DNA of 64,000 nt from Phoronis australis (taxonomy: Eukaryota > Animalia > Phoronida), in contig NMRA01000422.1 in the NCBI GenBank assembly GCA_002633005.1, positions 248,001 through 312,000 of the forward strand. Reading direction: 5' to 3'. Of the stretch, positions 46,804 through 59,288 are shown piece by piece. Within the stretch, counting starts at the first letter, position 1, and every line of letters begins with the position of its first letter. Position numbers and translations under genes: made by a program. Under the pieces are notes generated by a model that made no database searches, had not been told where the DNA came from, and saw only the letters and a program-made list of their open reading frames with translations.

Positions 46804-47039
46804 ATGGCAAGTAGGTTCGTGTCATTTACTGCACATAGTCACACTCGAGAAAACTGATCTTGAAAAGGTGACTTACCGAGCTCACGTTAGCCGCCTCAGC
46901 TACGAGAGTTACGCATGACTGGACTAAATTCCGAAAAATTTTCAACGTTCTTGCTTAGTTTTAAAATAGTGTGTTTTTCATATTACACACAAACTCATAG
47001 TGGCTGAATTAGGGACAGCTCGGGGGCGGTCTCTCTCAA

Positions 47040-50000
47040 GCCTTGACAGAGGAAAACGCCGTCGACATGACGGTTTTGGTGCTTTCGCAGACACTTTGTT
47101 TCGAAAATCGCGGTATTGCTTCTCACACTACACTGTATACTAAATCCGCCAATTAAACTACTGTGCGTGCGTCTTTCATGATTCGGAAAATTGTGATAAT
47201 TTTCAGGTAAAATATTTAATAAGTGGCAGCTTGCTAATACTATATTGTCATTTTATGCGACAAGCACAACAGTGTGGCAACCATATATGTCGGTGAAAAT
47301 GGCTGGTTCACGTCGTGGTGCAAGCAACGGCTCCAATGACTCTACGATGCAGAATGAATTATTGGAAGAAATCAAGCTCATAAGACACACCACGGAGGTG
47401 ATACAGCGGCAAATTGATTCTAAAATTGATAAGCTGAAAAATGATCTGCAATTATGAATGGAAACTCAGCTTAAAGCCTTCAAAGCAGATTTGGATGTTG
47501 GAATTGCCGGTATTGACAACCGCATCCACGCTTTAGAAAAGCGAGTTGCTAAGAGTCTACAGGTTACATTGAACCCCCTGAATGATCACAATGTTTGTAT
47601 TATTGCTTACGGACTACATGCTGACGCAAATGCTCGTCTTCACGATACTGTAACTGATATGTTACGAGGTATCGCCGTGAGAGATGTCGAGCTCGTTGCT
47701 TGTAAATTCATGGGTTCTAGAAGTATGAGCGACACCTGGGCCCGGTCTCTAATCTTTATACTCGAAAGGAACTCGAGACTATTTTTGGCAATTTCTCTGC
47801 TCCTTTTGTCCGAACTTAAAATAATTGGTTATCAGACTGTGCTCGAATACATTATAATTTATGCATAGGAGTTTCTAGTTCAAGTTTGCCCTTGATGACC
47901 CTTATATTCGTGCTACAAACTCGAGTAAAAACTCGAAATTTCGAGTTCAAACTCGAACTTATTGCTTTAATATTGGGTTTACAAACTGTGAACTAAGGGC
48001 AATAAATTATCTANCAAGACTTTGGTGTAAGAACAGCCTCCCCGCAATTTCTGGTACTGTACACTTTTCGCGAATGCGGTCACTTTCTCAATGTGAGTGC
48101 CCCCTTGGTCATTCCTTGTATAGACCTAACTTGTTATAGAGTGTGTCTTCAAACGGACTCGCGACCAGACTACGGCGCCCGCCACAATAGCAATTCTTCG
48201 GAAAAAGATTTTTTTTCAAAAATATTACATGTACATGTACACTGTATGATATTGCGCAAGACAACTTTACTATACACCAGTTACAAACGTGTTGAGTGTA
48301 ATAGAATGACACGGCATGACAGACGAGGTAAAAACGTTGCACGTCAATTCGCCTGAATATCAGGGTTGCGGCACCGCAGTATTTCCCCTAAAGGCAAATC
48401 AAAATATATCTTAGGGTAAAGAAGCTAGTTACCTAAAGAAATCAGCTATAGAACTGCTCATTCAGCAGTGAATCCATGTAAAATGCTTGGCTACTTCAGA
48501 AGTGTCGACGGAAGCGCGCGCACAATAAATCCCCGCGCGTTTTGCGGATGAGCCACAAAGACTCAGCAATTCACAATGCAAAAAACTATATTTTCAGAGT
48601 GAACCCCCCCTCAATTTTTTCCAAGTTGGTTTACTTGGGGTTTACACACGCTGGCGGTGCCGTTTTTGTTTTGCTGGAGACGCTTTTGTTTTTTTTAATT
48701 TTTGGGTCCTGGCTCGAGGGGGGGTTTAAACCCCCTGAACCCCCCGTAGATCCGCCACTGAGAACAGGCAATAAACTATATTTCATTCAAAATATTGACG
48801 AAGTAGGCCTAAGACAGATCATAGATTTTCAGACCAATCGATTTGGTGACTTCGTGAGAGACTCGAAACTGGCTATTGCTAATGGCAGAATTACTCCAGA
48901 ATTTGACAACTTGACCTCTGTCTCGGCTAGAGGAAATGCTGTTATAGATTATTTTTTAACTGACCAACATAATTTGAAGAATGTATCGTTTTCTGTTTCT
49001 AAGACTTCTGGTATTATTGATATGTTAGATATCCACGCATTGATTGGCCGAAGATGTAAATCCCCAGAACATTCTGTTTTTGTTTAAAAGTTTAACATCT
49101 CCGAGCCTGGTGCATGATCATCTGGTATCGACAAACCTTTACATTCAAGTACTCCTGTCATCTATTGTTCAAACAAGAAAGTCGTCTAACCTTTCTACAT
49201 TTGTGACATTTGTGGACATGAAAAAAGCTTTTGATTGGACAAACCATAGCTTCTGTTTTATAAATTACTGCAAAATGTTATTAATGGTAGAATGTATGAT
49301 GCAATTCGTGTGATTTACAGAAGTCCGTTAAACTGTATACGATTAAGTGGCACTCTGTATAGTGGATGCCTCACTCCCGGAAATGGTGTCCGTCATGGGG
49401 ACGTTTTATCGCCGACACTCTTTGCCTTGAATATAAATGACTTAGCTCTGGACATTATAAAATGGGTAAAGGTGTCAAATGAGGCATATCTTGGATTCCA
49501 TTTTCAATCTCAGACAGAAGTGCATTATCGTAGGCCTACGATAATGCACTTCTGTCTGAGATTGAAAATGGAATCCAAGATATGTTGAAGGTTTTATACA
49601 ACTGGTGTAAAAAGTGAAGAATGGTTGTGAACATGGCAAAAACTAATTTCCGAGGTAATTCTACGCCTAGAGCCAATTTTTAATTTATTTTTAATAGTGT
49701 CATTAGTTATAAATCCTCATACAAATATTTAGGCTGTATTCTGGATCAACACCTTAACTTCAAGATAATTTGAATACATTATCTGAAGCTTCTGGTAGAG
49801 CGTTAGGGAAGATATGTTCAACATTCCGTGATAACAAGAATCCAGTATTCGAAACGTTTAAAACATTATTTAATTCTTGTGTGGCACCAGTTTTGGATTA
49901 CGGGTCATCGTTTAAAAATATTCAAAAAAGGTATGCGTTTTTAGCTAGGGGTCAACCGATTTACAGCCACTCATGCTGTTAGTGACGATATGGGGTGGAA

Positions 50001-50544
50001 CTCCACCGGAAATAGACTTAAATTGAATATGTTGCGTCTTTGGAACAAACTAGTGACCACAGGAGGTGATAGGTTACTGAAGACGGTATTTCTATGGGAC
50101 AATTCTGTTGGTAAAAATGGTTGGATGGATGGAATCAAAAACTTGTTTAACATAACTGGCAAGCAATCCAGTTTTCAAACTTTGACTACTTGTAACGTTG
50201 GAGATGCTAGAAACAAACCATTTGAATACTCGAAACATGTTTGGACTGAGTCTGTTGTAACAAAACCCAAGTTAAGGACCTACATTTTATTTAAGCACGA
50301 GTTTTTAACTGAACTGTATGTGAAGCTTAATTTATCTCGTTCCTAGCAATCTCTTTTGGCTCAGTTTAGAGCAGGAAGTCGCCCATTGCACTTGGAAACT
50401 GGTCGTTATGTAAACACTCCTGTAAGTGACAGACTTTGCTTGTTTTGTGATTCTTGTTCTGTGGAGGATGAGCTACATTTTGTGTTTGATTGTTCTCTTT
50501 ATAACTCACTAAGGTCTATTCTATTTAAAGTGTACGCAACATAA
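47040..50544 (+). mobile_element. Degenerate LINE (CR1/L2/RTEX group): ORF1, endonuclease, RT and C-terminal remnants, with nested MITEs
   Basis: Coiled-coil ORF1 at 47245-47730; EN ANGR..GNAVIDYFL; RT FVDMKKAFD and GVRHGDVLSPTLF; LHLETGRY..RLCLFC..EDELHFVFDC. Confidence 0.88.
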
Positions 50545-50755
50545 CTCTAGTACCTCAAAATACATTTTATTATTATATCTTACTTGATTTCAGTGCCTTT
50601 AGTGCACAGCTCATAAAGAAACACGTAAAAATTGAAAAATATAATAATTATGTACAACGTCATGGGTTGAACCCAAGTCGTTCGGCACACTGTTCGGATC
50701 AGCGACTAAGTGTATAGAGTGAAGTATATTTAACGTCGAGAAGGTTCGTAGAGGG

Positions 50756-50955
50756 ATGAAAAGATGTGTTTGCGGAGGCTGCAGCAAAAGCAGTCAGACG
50801 GAGAACGTCTCGGTGTTCCGAAGGACGCCAAAGTTGCGCAGTAGTGGCATCGCTTCGTGCGCCGAACGAGAGTGTGGGACCTCAGCGTGGACCAAGCGAT
50901 TCTGTCCGGGGCCACTCTGTGTTCTGCCCACTTTGAGGAGTCGTGTCTCGACTCC
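50756..50955 (+). pseudogene. THAP zinc-finger remnant (transposase N-terminus)
   Basis: MKRCVCGGCSK..VSVF, frameshift, then PKDAKVAQ*WHRFVRR..LCSAHFEESC, matching the C2CH THAP signature. Confidence 0.85.
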
Positions 50956-51020
50956 AATCAGAGGAGATGTTACGATGGTTCAATAAAGGACAATATTTAC
51001 TATTCAGAAACATCGGCTCT

Positions 51021-51209
51021 TTATTCAGGATGACTGGGTTGACTGGCCGAGCCCGAGGCCGCTTCTCTCGCGGGAGGATCCAGTTCGTAAGGCCTCAAAG
51101 TAGAAAAGTACGTAGCTGAAAGCATATCAAACTCGTTCTCGCTTTCGTACAACCCCATTTCGTCATCCTGGCCAACATTCTCGTACGTTTCTTCATAGTA
51201 TTTGTTCAT
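51021..51209 (-). pseudogene. N-terminus of a Kolobok accessory-protein-like ORF, convergent with the THAP remnant
   Basis: Acidic N-terminus followed by LRPYELDP, resembling the PYxFEP motif. Confidence 0.45.
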
Positions 51210-51792
51210 TTCTTGCTCATAATCGTTGTCGTTTTCAAATTCCCTACTCTCCGCCGTTGTTCAATGCTAGTCGCTGATCTCTTGTGTTCAACTCATGATG
51301 TCACATAGCGGGAAATGTGAAAATTGGCAAAATTGAAAGAGAAATCAAAATTTCGAGCTAATGACACAAGATAATCATGGATTTGGCTAAATTTTACGTC
51401 ATACATTTAGTCTGTGGCCACCGGTAATTCGAAATGTGCAAATATCCATGGTGTGTACTGTTTAATAACTTTCACTTCAAGTCCCGAACTTTGCAGATTT
51501 TAGAAGATTAGAAACGTTAAAACTGCTGTTACAGTATTTCCTTAGGCAATTTGTCAAATATATCAAATCTGCTTTTGAACTTAGAAACCGTCTCATTTAT
51601 AGTAGGCCTACCTCTGAGTTGAGTGGTTAAAGTGACTAATAAGCCCAAATGGGCTTGGTACTTATTTTTCATACGAAAGCTATACGTATTACTGTTTGAA
51701 TTAATTGTATTTGTCACTATAATAAATAAACATATAACTGTTTGAATTAATTGTATTTGTCACTATAATAAATAAATACAATACAATGTAAT

Positions 51793-51878
51793 GTAGTTAG
51801 AATCGTCGTAGGAGGGATAGGGACCATCATCGTCATCACTGTCATCGGTGTTGCTTTGGTCATTATTTACAAACGCCT
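51793..51878 (+). pseudogene. Decayed paralogue of the TM exon (5' part lost next to a LINE tail)
   Basis: VVRIVVGGIGTIIVITVIGVALVIIYKR-CT|gtaagt; same phase-2 donor and IIYKR ending as 35133-35235. Confidence 0.85.
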
Positions 51879-52616
51879 GTAAGTGTAAGGATGTCAGGCT
51901 TTTATTAACACCTCATATTTCCCTTACTTTAACTTACGTGATAAACAGTCGAGGTTTCGTTATCGGGAGCCATTTACTGGTCTCTTGAAAGGCTTTTGAA
52001 ACTCAAGCAAATCCTTCGCATACAGCATTCAATGCAGCTACTCTTGCGTCCTCTAAATTAAGTCACAGTGTAATCCAAGCCTAACGAACGGATGCTATAA
52101 ATCAAAGTTAAAAAAGTTCTTGAAAACAATGCTTCCCTCAAAGAATAATAATTGGAGATTTTTTCTACTCACTTGACTTAAAGGGAAATTATACTGTTTA
52201 CGACCACGAAACGCATATTTGGAATAATGGTATTTGATAAGGTGCCCTCTTGAAGTTATTAGCTTTAATCTGAGTTATAAGAAACGAAACCGTGTTTTTT
52301 GTGATTTTATAGTTATTGTCTGCCAGACAATCAGTGAAATCAACGCCGTTTTTTGTCTTGTACTACTGCATATCGTCGTGTTAAGCTGGATAAAAACGAA
52401 AACCATAACCTACCCTTTAACATTCTTCGCCTTGGTAGGGATTAATTTCTGTTACCAACATCATCAAAACCATCAGCGACAACGCTTCAGAATGCAGTTA
52501 AGTTGGCGAGTCCTAAAATTGGGAATTGGAATATGGCACATCTATGTACAATTGTCTGCTTTGGTAGCAGCCTGGCGTATTCAAATGGGGACACATTTAA
52601 AATTGTTGGGTAGGCA

Positions 52617-53135
52617 TCAGTGAGCTGGGAACACTTTGTAATGAAAAGTTAGAAAACGCCTAGGGTTGTACTGGGTTACGATGGCCACCAGCAAAAGTCC
52701 TTGGGGTTATGCTCAAAACGAGGGCCAAATCTTATTACCACCTCAGCACATGTTGCCAATGGTTAGGGGAACAACCAAAATTTGTGACTATGGGAGGGTC
52801 AAATCTCATGTGGCATACATACAACAGTGCTTTTATCCGTTCAGCATTCCTCCCATGTACCCCCTGGGAGGGGTCAACACGTGCCCATTTGGCACCCACC
52901 TGGTTTGCACTCCTCCCTTGTACCCCTTTGATGGCACCTGGGGGCAACTCCACCAGGAGCAATCACACAGTAATTTTTTGGTGCGTAGAACGTCATTTAA
53001 GTATGACTTTTTCAGTGTTGACATGGTTCGGACTGTGCCGCTAAACTAGTGTTGCTTATTTTCCGCTCGAGGCTGTAGCTGCCGGCGAATGACAAGATGG
53101 CGGAGTGAACGCTCCTATTCTAAGCACACTCCTTT
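52617..53135 (+). repeat. Dispersed repeat, copy 1 (copy 2 at ~61235-61878)
   Basis: Shared blocks CAAAATTTGTGAC.ATGGGAGGG, CAATCACACAGTAATTTT, GTTCGGACTG and ATGGCGGAGTGAAC. Confidence 0.75.
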
Positions 53136-54925
53136 ATAAAAGTCATGAGAACGACGGAAATAGGCCAATGGCATCGTTACACGACTCATCACTGTTATAC
53201 ACGCTCAGTCTGGAGACAATCGCAAGGGATTGAAATATCTCAGGGTACGTGGAATCCTAAAGTTTCATTAAATACTGAATATGAGTGTACGGGGTTTTGA
53301 AAATATCTTGCGAGTTTGTCGGGCAAATCCGCTTTCAAAATCTGATAACGGGGTCAGTATAACCTGCAAACCTATGCAGTTTTGTTAAGGTCGGGGTAAC
53401 AGTTAACACAATACTGTTATGTTGAACATCAACATGCCTGTACTCTAGAATATATCGATCACATTTATATGAAAAAACAAGTAATACAAAAAATACTGAG
53501 AATTAGGCTTCTTACTTTCGTGAAATACTGCAGCAATCTATTTCCGCTTCCAAGAAGCACAACAAAGCTACTAGCGCCTCCAGATTTATGGGATTTGGTC
53601 TACTCTAGAATTGCGAATTCGAGAACAGCCCATGTACGCATTGCCTATGACTTTAGTTGGTAACGGAAATAGGATTCTGTCAAAGAGAGTAAAATACCTA
53701 GTTCCGTTTTCGTTTTGTAGACGGCTAAGCAGGGAGCAATGCTGCTTCAACAACAACGTTAATTGTAGTGGAGACCGTGACTCGTGTATTCTGTATTACA
53801 TATTTCTAGTAGTTAGTTAATAGACATCAAACTACCGGAACCTAATTACAATTTTCCGAACATATTGGTTTGAAATCGATTGTCCATTGGTATTTTTCTC
53901 GAGTGTGGTGGAACTGTTAAATCGATCTGAAGACCTGCCAATAACCAAGGGCTCAACTGAAAACACAACTTCCAGAACACCACTTTGCAGAAATGACTGT
54001 TTCGCTTTCGTGCGTTGTTACAACTCGGAAGTCGCTGTTCCTGCTCACTCTATCGACGAAACGGCAACAAAACACATCCTCCCTTTTTACTCATACGTTT
54101 GCGCAGATACTTGGCTGAACACAACACAACACAAAGATGTCTGAGACAAATACATATTTTTTAACACGTATTTTACCAATAACACGTACAGGAAACGACA
54201 TTTGCTTCAAAAAAGTAAGATGAAACATGCTAATAATATAGTAAATATAATACATTACAACATTTCATGTTCGACATATGCCCGGACCAATATGTGGTAA
54301 GGTTAGTTATTGGACAGATGAAATATAATGTTACAGTAAATTACGAAAAAATCTGTGCTTCAAAATACGGCGTTTTGATATCCTCAATGTCATCATCAGG
54401 TATAATACAGTCAGTTTACATGTCAAATGAAATAAAATATTCCCAAAGGCAAGACAAATCCATAATCCATTAATCACATCACAGTGCATGACAAACTCTG
54501 TTTTCGGAGAGGAAAAGGGGACGTAAAGAACATTATTACTATTGGGCACTTTCAGTTATCAAGATCCAGTTGGGGAAATTGATATGATAACAAGAATAAG
54601 AACTGCATTGGAAAGTTAACCGCAAATTTCCAACTGTTCGCGTGAAACTTCAGTTCAAAATAGTGACACGTTTTCTGTAAAGTACCGCCTGGAGTCTACG
54701 GATCAGGGGTGAGTCTCTTTCAGCAAACTAGTCCCCATAGATCTGGAAGAGCAACTTGAAAACTGAGACTGAAACGTGCACGTTGGGAAAAGATTTCAGG
54801 TACAATGGAGGATAAATTTTGGAAAGTGAATATATGGCATTGAAAGTTAGACCCTTCATAAAGTAGTGCCTTTAGACTAAGGGTGTTTACCAAAGATGGA
54901 CACGTACTCTCAAGACAACAACAGA

Positions 54926-55196
54926 CATGCGCGCACCCAGGTGGGGGAGGGGGGGGGGGGGCTCGGGAGGCTCGAAGGAGCCCCCATTTGGCAAAGTAGG
55001 CAAAATAGTCTGTCTCGGAGAAACAAGAACTCCGGGAAACGTGACAAAAGTCCACTAAAAAGGCGTAAACACACAATCCAAAGCTCCGAACGTGGTACCC
55101 GTGTTTTTTGTTTTAGTCCTCCCGCTTTTTTGTTAGTAAAAGGTTCACATCGTCGGCAATTCGAGCCCCCCATATTACAGGCTGGGTGCGCGCATG
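54926..55196. mobile_element. MITE overlapping the 3' end of the LRR CDS
   Basis: 15-bp perfect TIR CATGCGCGCACCCAG / CTGGGTGCGCGCATG; related copy at ~28128-28362. Confidence 0.88.
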
Positions 55197-57889
55197 ACTA
55201 AACAACACAAACAAACTGCCCATAAAATCATGATTTTGGCAGCGTGTACTTCATTCGAAGAGTTGGGAGACGCAAGAGATAAGTTGAGTGGAAGGGAAAT
55301 ATTGTTAAAGTGCGACTGAATTCCTTTCAAGTTTCTTGCATAACATGTGTAAACCCCACTTTTAAACTGATCAACAATGAAAGTGAGTGAAGCAATCGTT
55401 TGGAGATTGGAAGCATTGGTTGGAGGCAAAAACAGTGTTAATTGGTCCAGTGGGTCCTGTAGTACGAGTGTTGGTGAGGGGTCGCCGTGTGAAACACATT
55501 GAATAGTTACACTTGTTTTGTTGGTGACCGCAACTATTTCGGGTTTGGATGGATGCTGACATGTCATGTTCATGTTCAAAAACGATTGCAGAGTTGGTCT
55601 GGATTCTACAAGAGAAGAACAGTTTGGAATATCATAGTTGTGAGAGTTACCTTCAGGATCGTTTTTCACTCTCAGCTTCACCCATTGTTGCAAACTGGCG
55701 AGAAGGCAATTACAATGAAGAGGGTTGTAAGCAACGTAGAAATGTCCAAGTCTGTTGACAAGTAGGTTGTTTAGAATGGGCTGAGGCAGAGTAGTTAGTT
55801 TGTTGTGACTGATTTCCAGATTTTTTAAGCTCACCATTTTAGAAATAGCCAACGGTTCGATAACTTCAATGTGATTATGATTAAGAATTAATGTTACTAG
55901 ATCACTTAGTGACCCAAAAACGTCATATTTGATCTCGCGAATATTGTTGCTGGATAAATCGAGATAGCTGAGGAATAAGAATTTGTCAAAGGTTCCTTTA
56001 TGTAGCTTTTTGATTTTTGAATGGGATATTCCTAAGCTTTTTAGAGGAGCTAACCCGGAGAACATACCCAAAGAGCACCATTCTATATAGTTGTGGTTGA
56101 TAGATAAGCCTTTGATGTTGTGCAAATTGTCAAAGCTAAAATCCTCTATTTTCGATATCTTGTTAAAGTTCATATGAATGATTTCAAGGGAAGTTGTGTT
56201 AAAAATGCCGGGAATAATCTTCTTCATTAAATTGTTATCAAGATTGATAGACGTGAGCAATTTTAACTCTTCGAATGTTTCTAACTCAATACTTGCAATT
56301 CTATTGCTTTTCACCACGAGAGTACGCAATGCCCAAAGCCCAGATAACATTTTCTGTGACAGTCGCGTCAGATTATTTAGTGAGAGATCTAAGAAGTCAA
56401 GATTTCTACCAAGCTTGAATGGCTGGTCATCTAGATGTGTAATACCGCTGTTCGTTATTTCAAGTGTCTGGATATTGGCAAGGTTTGCGGGAAATCTCGC
56501 CGAAATGTTTGTCCCTTCACAGCTAATCTTCAGGAAGAGAGTGCTGCGGTTTTCTAACTTGATGGTCTGTTGAATCGAGTTAACTCGCCTTAGATCGATG
56601 TTAAGGTGCCAAACATTAGGGGACCACGCCTTTGGAACTTGAACGATTGGATTTGCGTCGATGACGAGAAATCGCAAATTCTGTGGTCCTTGAAATGTGT
56701 TAGGTGTAATTTGCATGATGTTGTTATCTCGTAAATGCAAATACTGTAAACGTTTCGAATCCCTGAGGGCAAAGTCCTCTACGATGCTAATTTTGTTACT
56801 GATCAACCGCAGTGTTCGAAGTTCAAACAGACCACGAAAGGTTCCACGTGTAATAATAGTCAAAGCGTTTTTCTCTAAAGAAAGTGTGCGGAGGTGCGAT
56901 GCTGAACGAAATGTGTCGTCCTCGATTATTTCTATTTTGTTGTATTCAATGAGCAGCATCGTCAACGTTTCAATACAATCAAACACGTCCTTGGAAAGAT
57001 TTCTCAGAAAATTGTACGAAGCGAAAAGTTGCTCTAAAGCTGGCATTCTGCAAAAGATGCCCTTCTCGATATTGGTAACGTTGTTCGAATTTAAGTTCAG
57101 AAAATTCAGCCACTTGTAAATTTCAATCTGCGATACTGAGAAATTTTGTAGGACGTTCACACTTATATCCAAATTTTGAATGGATGCTGGGATTGTCCAC
57201 CTTCGCGCTTGGCTGAGTTCGTTGCCATTAATATTTAGATATTTTAGGTGATTCAGATCCTCAAGAACGCCTTTGTCCATTTCAGATATTCGATTTCTCG
57301 CGATATGTAGATATTCCAATCTTGGGAGTTGTCGAAAAGTTCCGTTGATCAACCGCGATATGATGTTTCCCGAAATATCCAAGAATTTCAAGTTGAATAA
57401 TGTGCTAGAGAAGGACTCATCGTCGAGAGCGATTATTTTGTTTTCATCCAAATGTAAAGCCACCAAATTTGGGGTTGAGGCAAAAGCACCGCTTGGTAAA
57501 CCAGGTATCTTGTTTCTCGTCAGGAACAGGTGCTCTAGCTTGTACAAGCCGGCAAATGTTGATTCAGTTATTCTTAAGATTTTGTTACCAATGAGATCAA
57601 GAATTCTCAACTCACCCAAGGCAATGAAAGTGTGATTAGCGATATTAGTCAGTTTGTTGTAGTCCAGATAAAGATACTTGATATTGGGTGATGAAACAAA
57701 CGTGTCTGCTGAGATATGCATGATTTCACACCTTGTCAAGATAATCCTGTCTTCCGATACCTTTGCTTCTGATGGCAGGTTAGCTTGTGATAAAGCGCCG
57801 TCTCTCCCGTCGACATTGAAGGGACACTTCACGCGAAAGGCGTGTGACAAGCACACTCTGATAATGATGGTTGCTAAAACGCCTTTCAT
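55175..57889 (-). CDS. Intronless secreted/GPI-anchored LRR-LRRCT-Ig protein (904 aa)
   Basis: ATG at 57889 in context caagccATG (the track's 57949 start is TTG); signal peptide MKGVLATIIIRVCLSHA; more than 20 LxxLxLxxNxI repeats; LRRCT NPLHCNC..WV..C..C; Ig domain VTIQCVSHGDPSP..SGVYTCYARN; hydrophobic C-terminus. Confidence 0.93.
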   Translation of the reverse strand: MKGVLATIIIRVCLSHAFRVKCPFNVDGRDGALSQANLPSEAKVSEDRIILTRCEIMHISADTFVSSPNIKYLYLDYNKLTNIANHTFIALGELRILDLIGNKILRITESTFAGLYKLEHLFLTRNKIPGLPSGAFASTPNLVALHLDENKIIALDDESFSSTLFNLKFLDISGNIISRLINGTFRQLPRLEYLHIARNRISEMDKGVLEDLNHLKYLNINGNELSQARRWTIPASIQNLDISVNVLQNFSVSQIEIYKWLNFLNLNSNNVTNIEKGIFCRMPALEQLFASYNFLRNLSKDVFDCIETLTMLLIEYNKIEIIEDDTFRSASHLRTLSLEKNALTIITRGTFRGLFELRTLRLISNKISIVEDFALRDSKRLQYLHLRDNNIMQITPNTFQGPQNLRFLVIDANPIVQVPKAWSPNVWHLNIDLRRVNSIQQTIKLENRSTLFLKISCEGTNISARFPANLANIQTLEITNSGITHLDDQPFKLGRNLDFLDLSLNNLTRLSQKMLSGLWALRTLVVKSNRIASIELETFEELKLLTSINLDNNLMKKIIPGIFNTTSLEIIHMNFNKISKIEDFSFDNLHNIKGLSINHNYIEWCSLGMFSGLAPLKSLGISHSKIKKLHKGTFDKFLFLSYLDLSSNNIREIKYDVFGSLSDLVTLILNHNHIEVIEPLAISKMVSLKNLEISHNKLTTLPQPILNNLLVNRLGHFYVAYNPLHCNCLLASLQQWVKLRVKNDPEGNSHNYDIPNCSSLVESRPTLQSFLNMNMTCQHPSKPEIVAVTNKTSVTIQCVSHGDPSPTLVLQDPLDQLTLFLPPTNASNLQTIASLTFIVDQFKSGVYTCYARNLKGIQSHFNNISLPLNLSLASPNSSNEVHAAKIMILWAVCLCCLVMRAPSL

Positions 57890-59288
57890 GGCTTGTCGAG
57901 CTACGTGTGAATCAGTCGTGTCGTTACACGGTTTTATATGACCACGCAACTTTCCAGAGCCCTAGGAAGCGAGGGGCCGGGGGGGGGGGGGGGGNCGTGC
58001 CTACTAAACATTTACAGGCATTAGAGTTAAACCGTGCCAATTTACATTGGCGTGGAGCCGCGGACAGTCGAGAAAAGGAGGATACCGAATACGGATAAGA
58101 AAGAAAATTCAACAGAACATTTCACAACTCAGTATCAGTGCATGGTTTAGTCTTTGAGGGCCCTGGTGAAGACATTGTTAGGGTCTCTATTTTTATAGCA
58201 TAGGTCGTCCAAACGCACCTGCAAACGTGCACTTTGTAATTCGTATATGCATGTACGAAAAATCAAGAAAATTTTAAATTCAATAAGACAATTTTGCGAA
58301 TGCAAAACTATATTTTTGGTTACGCACCGGCGCTGAGGAATAAGTGTCCAGACCGACTGAGCTGCCTGTCACAATACAGCCGTGTCGATATCAGTTTGAC
58401 CGTGGCAAACCAATGTTTAAACAGTCCAGCTCTCTTGTTGTCTGTTTTCATCTGATGAGCTCACGTAATCCAACAGTTATGTTGTATACAGTGCCGTCCG
58501 ACACTAACCAATATTTGAAAATTCTATTTGCAAACGACTTTCAACAAATGTCGTGTTCTGTAAAATACTTTCATCAAAAAGTTCGCATGGAGAAAAAACG
58601 GATGACTTTAAGAGAAATTATACTTAAATTTTGCCTGTTGATTCCTTTGTGTGACAATAAGCAATGACCAGCTAAACCGCATTATTGTGTACCAACACAA
58701 AGGGCTTGCCTGAGCAGTTTAATGGAGCGAATTGGTCGTCTATGGTCGGCGCGCCGACCCGAGTGCCAAGCGCAGAGGCGACACAGCAGACGACTCCTAG
58801 CAGACCTTTGTTGGTCAGCTGGTGGTCGGCTAGACCACCGGTCGTCGACTGGTCGTCGACCGATTTCCGACCGGTCGGACAAATATTCGTGATGTGTACA
58901 GTACCATTCTACTGGGCAGTGAAATCAAGAAATTTCCTGTATCAAGACCTAATCTAGAATAACTCCAGTGACCACTCCACTCTTGACACTAATTTACAAA
59001 ATTTCGTTGAACTAAGGTGGTAAACTGGAATGAACATACGAATTGCGTGAAATTACAGCAATGTAAATGAGAACTTGACTTGATTACGAATTGATATAAT
59101 CAAATGCTAGATGATATCCGGAAATATAATTTCGAACTATAGGTTATAGATTTATTTTTGTATTATTTCTTAATACGTTGGAACAGCAACAGGAAAAAAA
59201 ATTTTTTGAGAGAAACATCTACAATGGTTTGAACATAGCGCAGATTTTAAGATCGTGGATGCATGAAAACGAAAGGGTGTGAGCGGTT

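Noticed and set aside
55499-57941. Several + strand ORFs over the LRR gene, and - strand ORFs over gag/pol
   Set aside because: Antisense shadows of real coding frames with no domain signal
57890-57949. N-terminal extension of the LRR ORF in the track
   Set aside because: Starts at TTG; the ATG at 57889 has good context and begins the signal peptide
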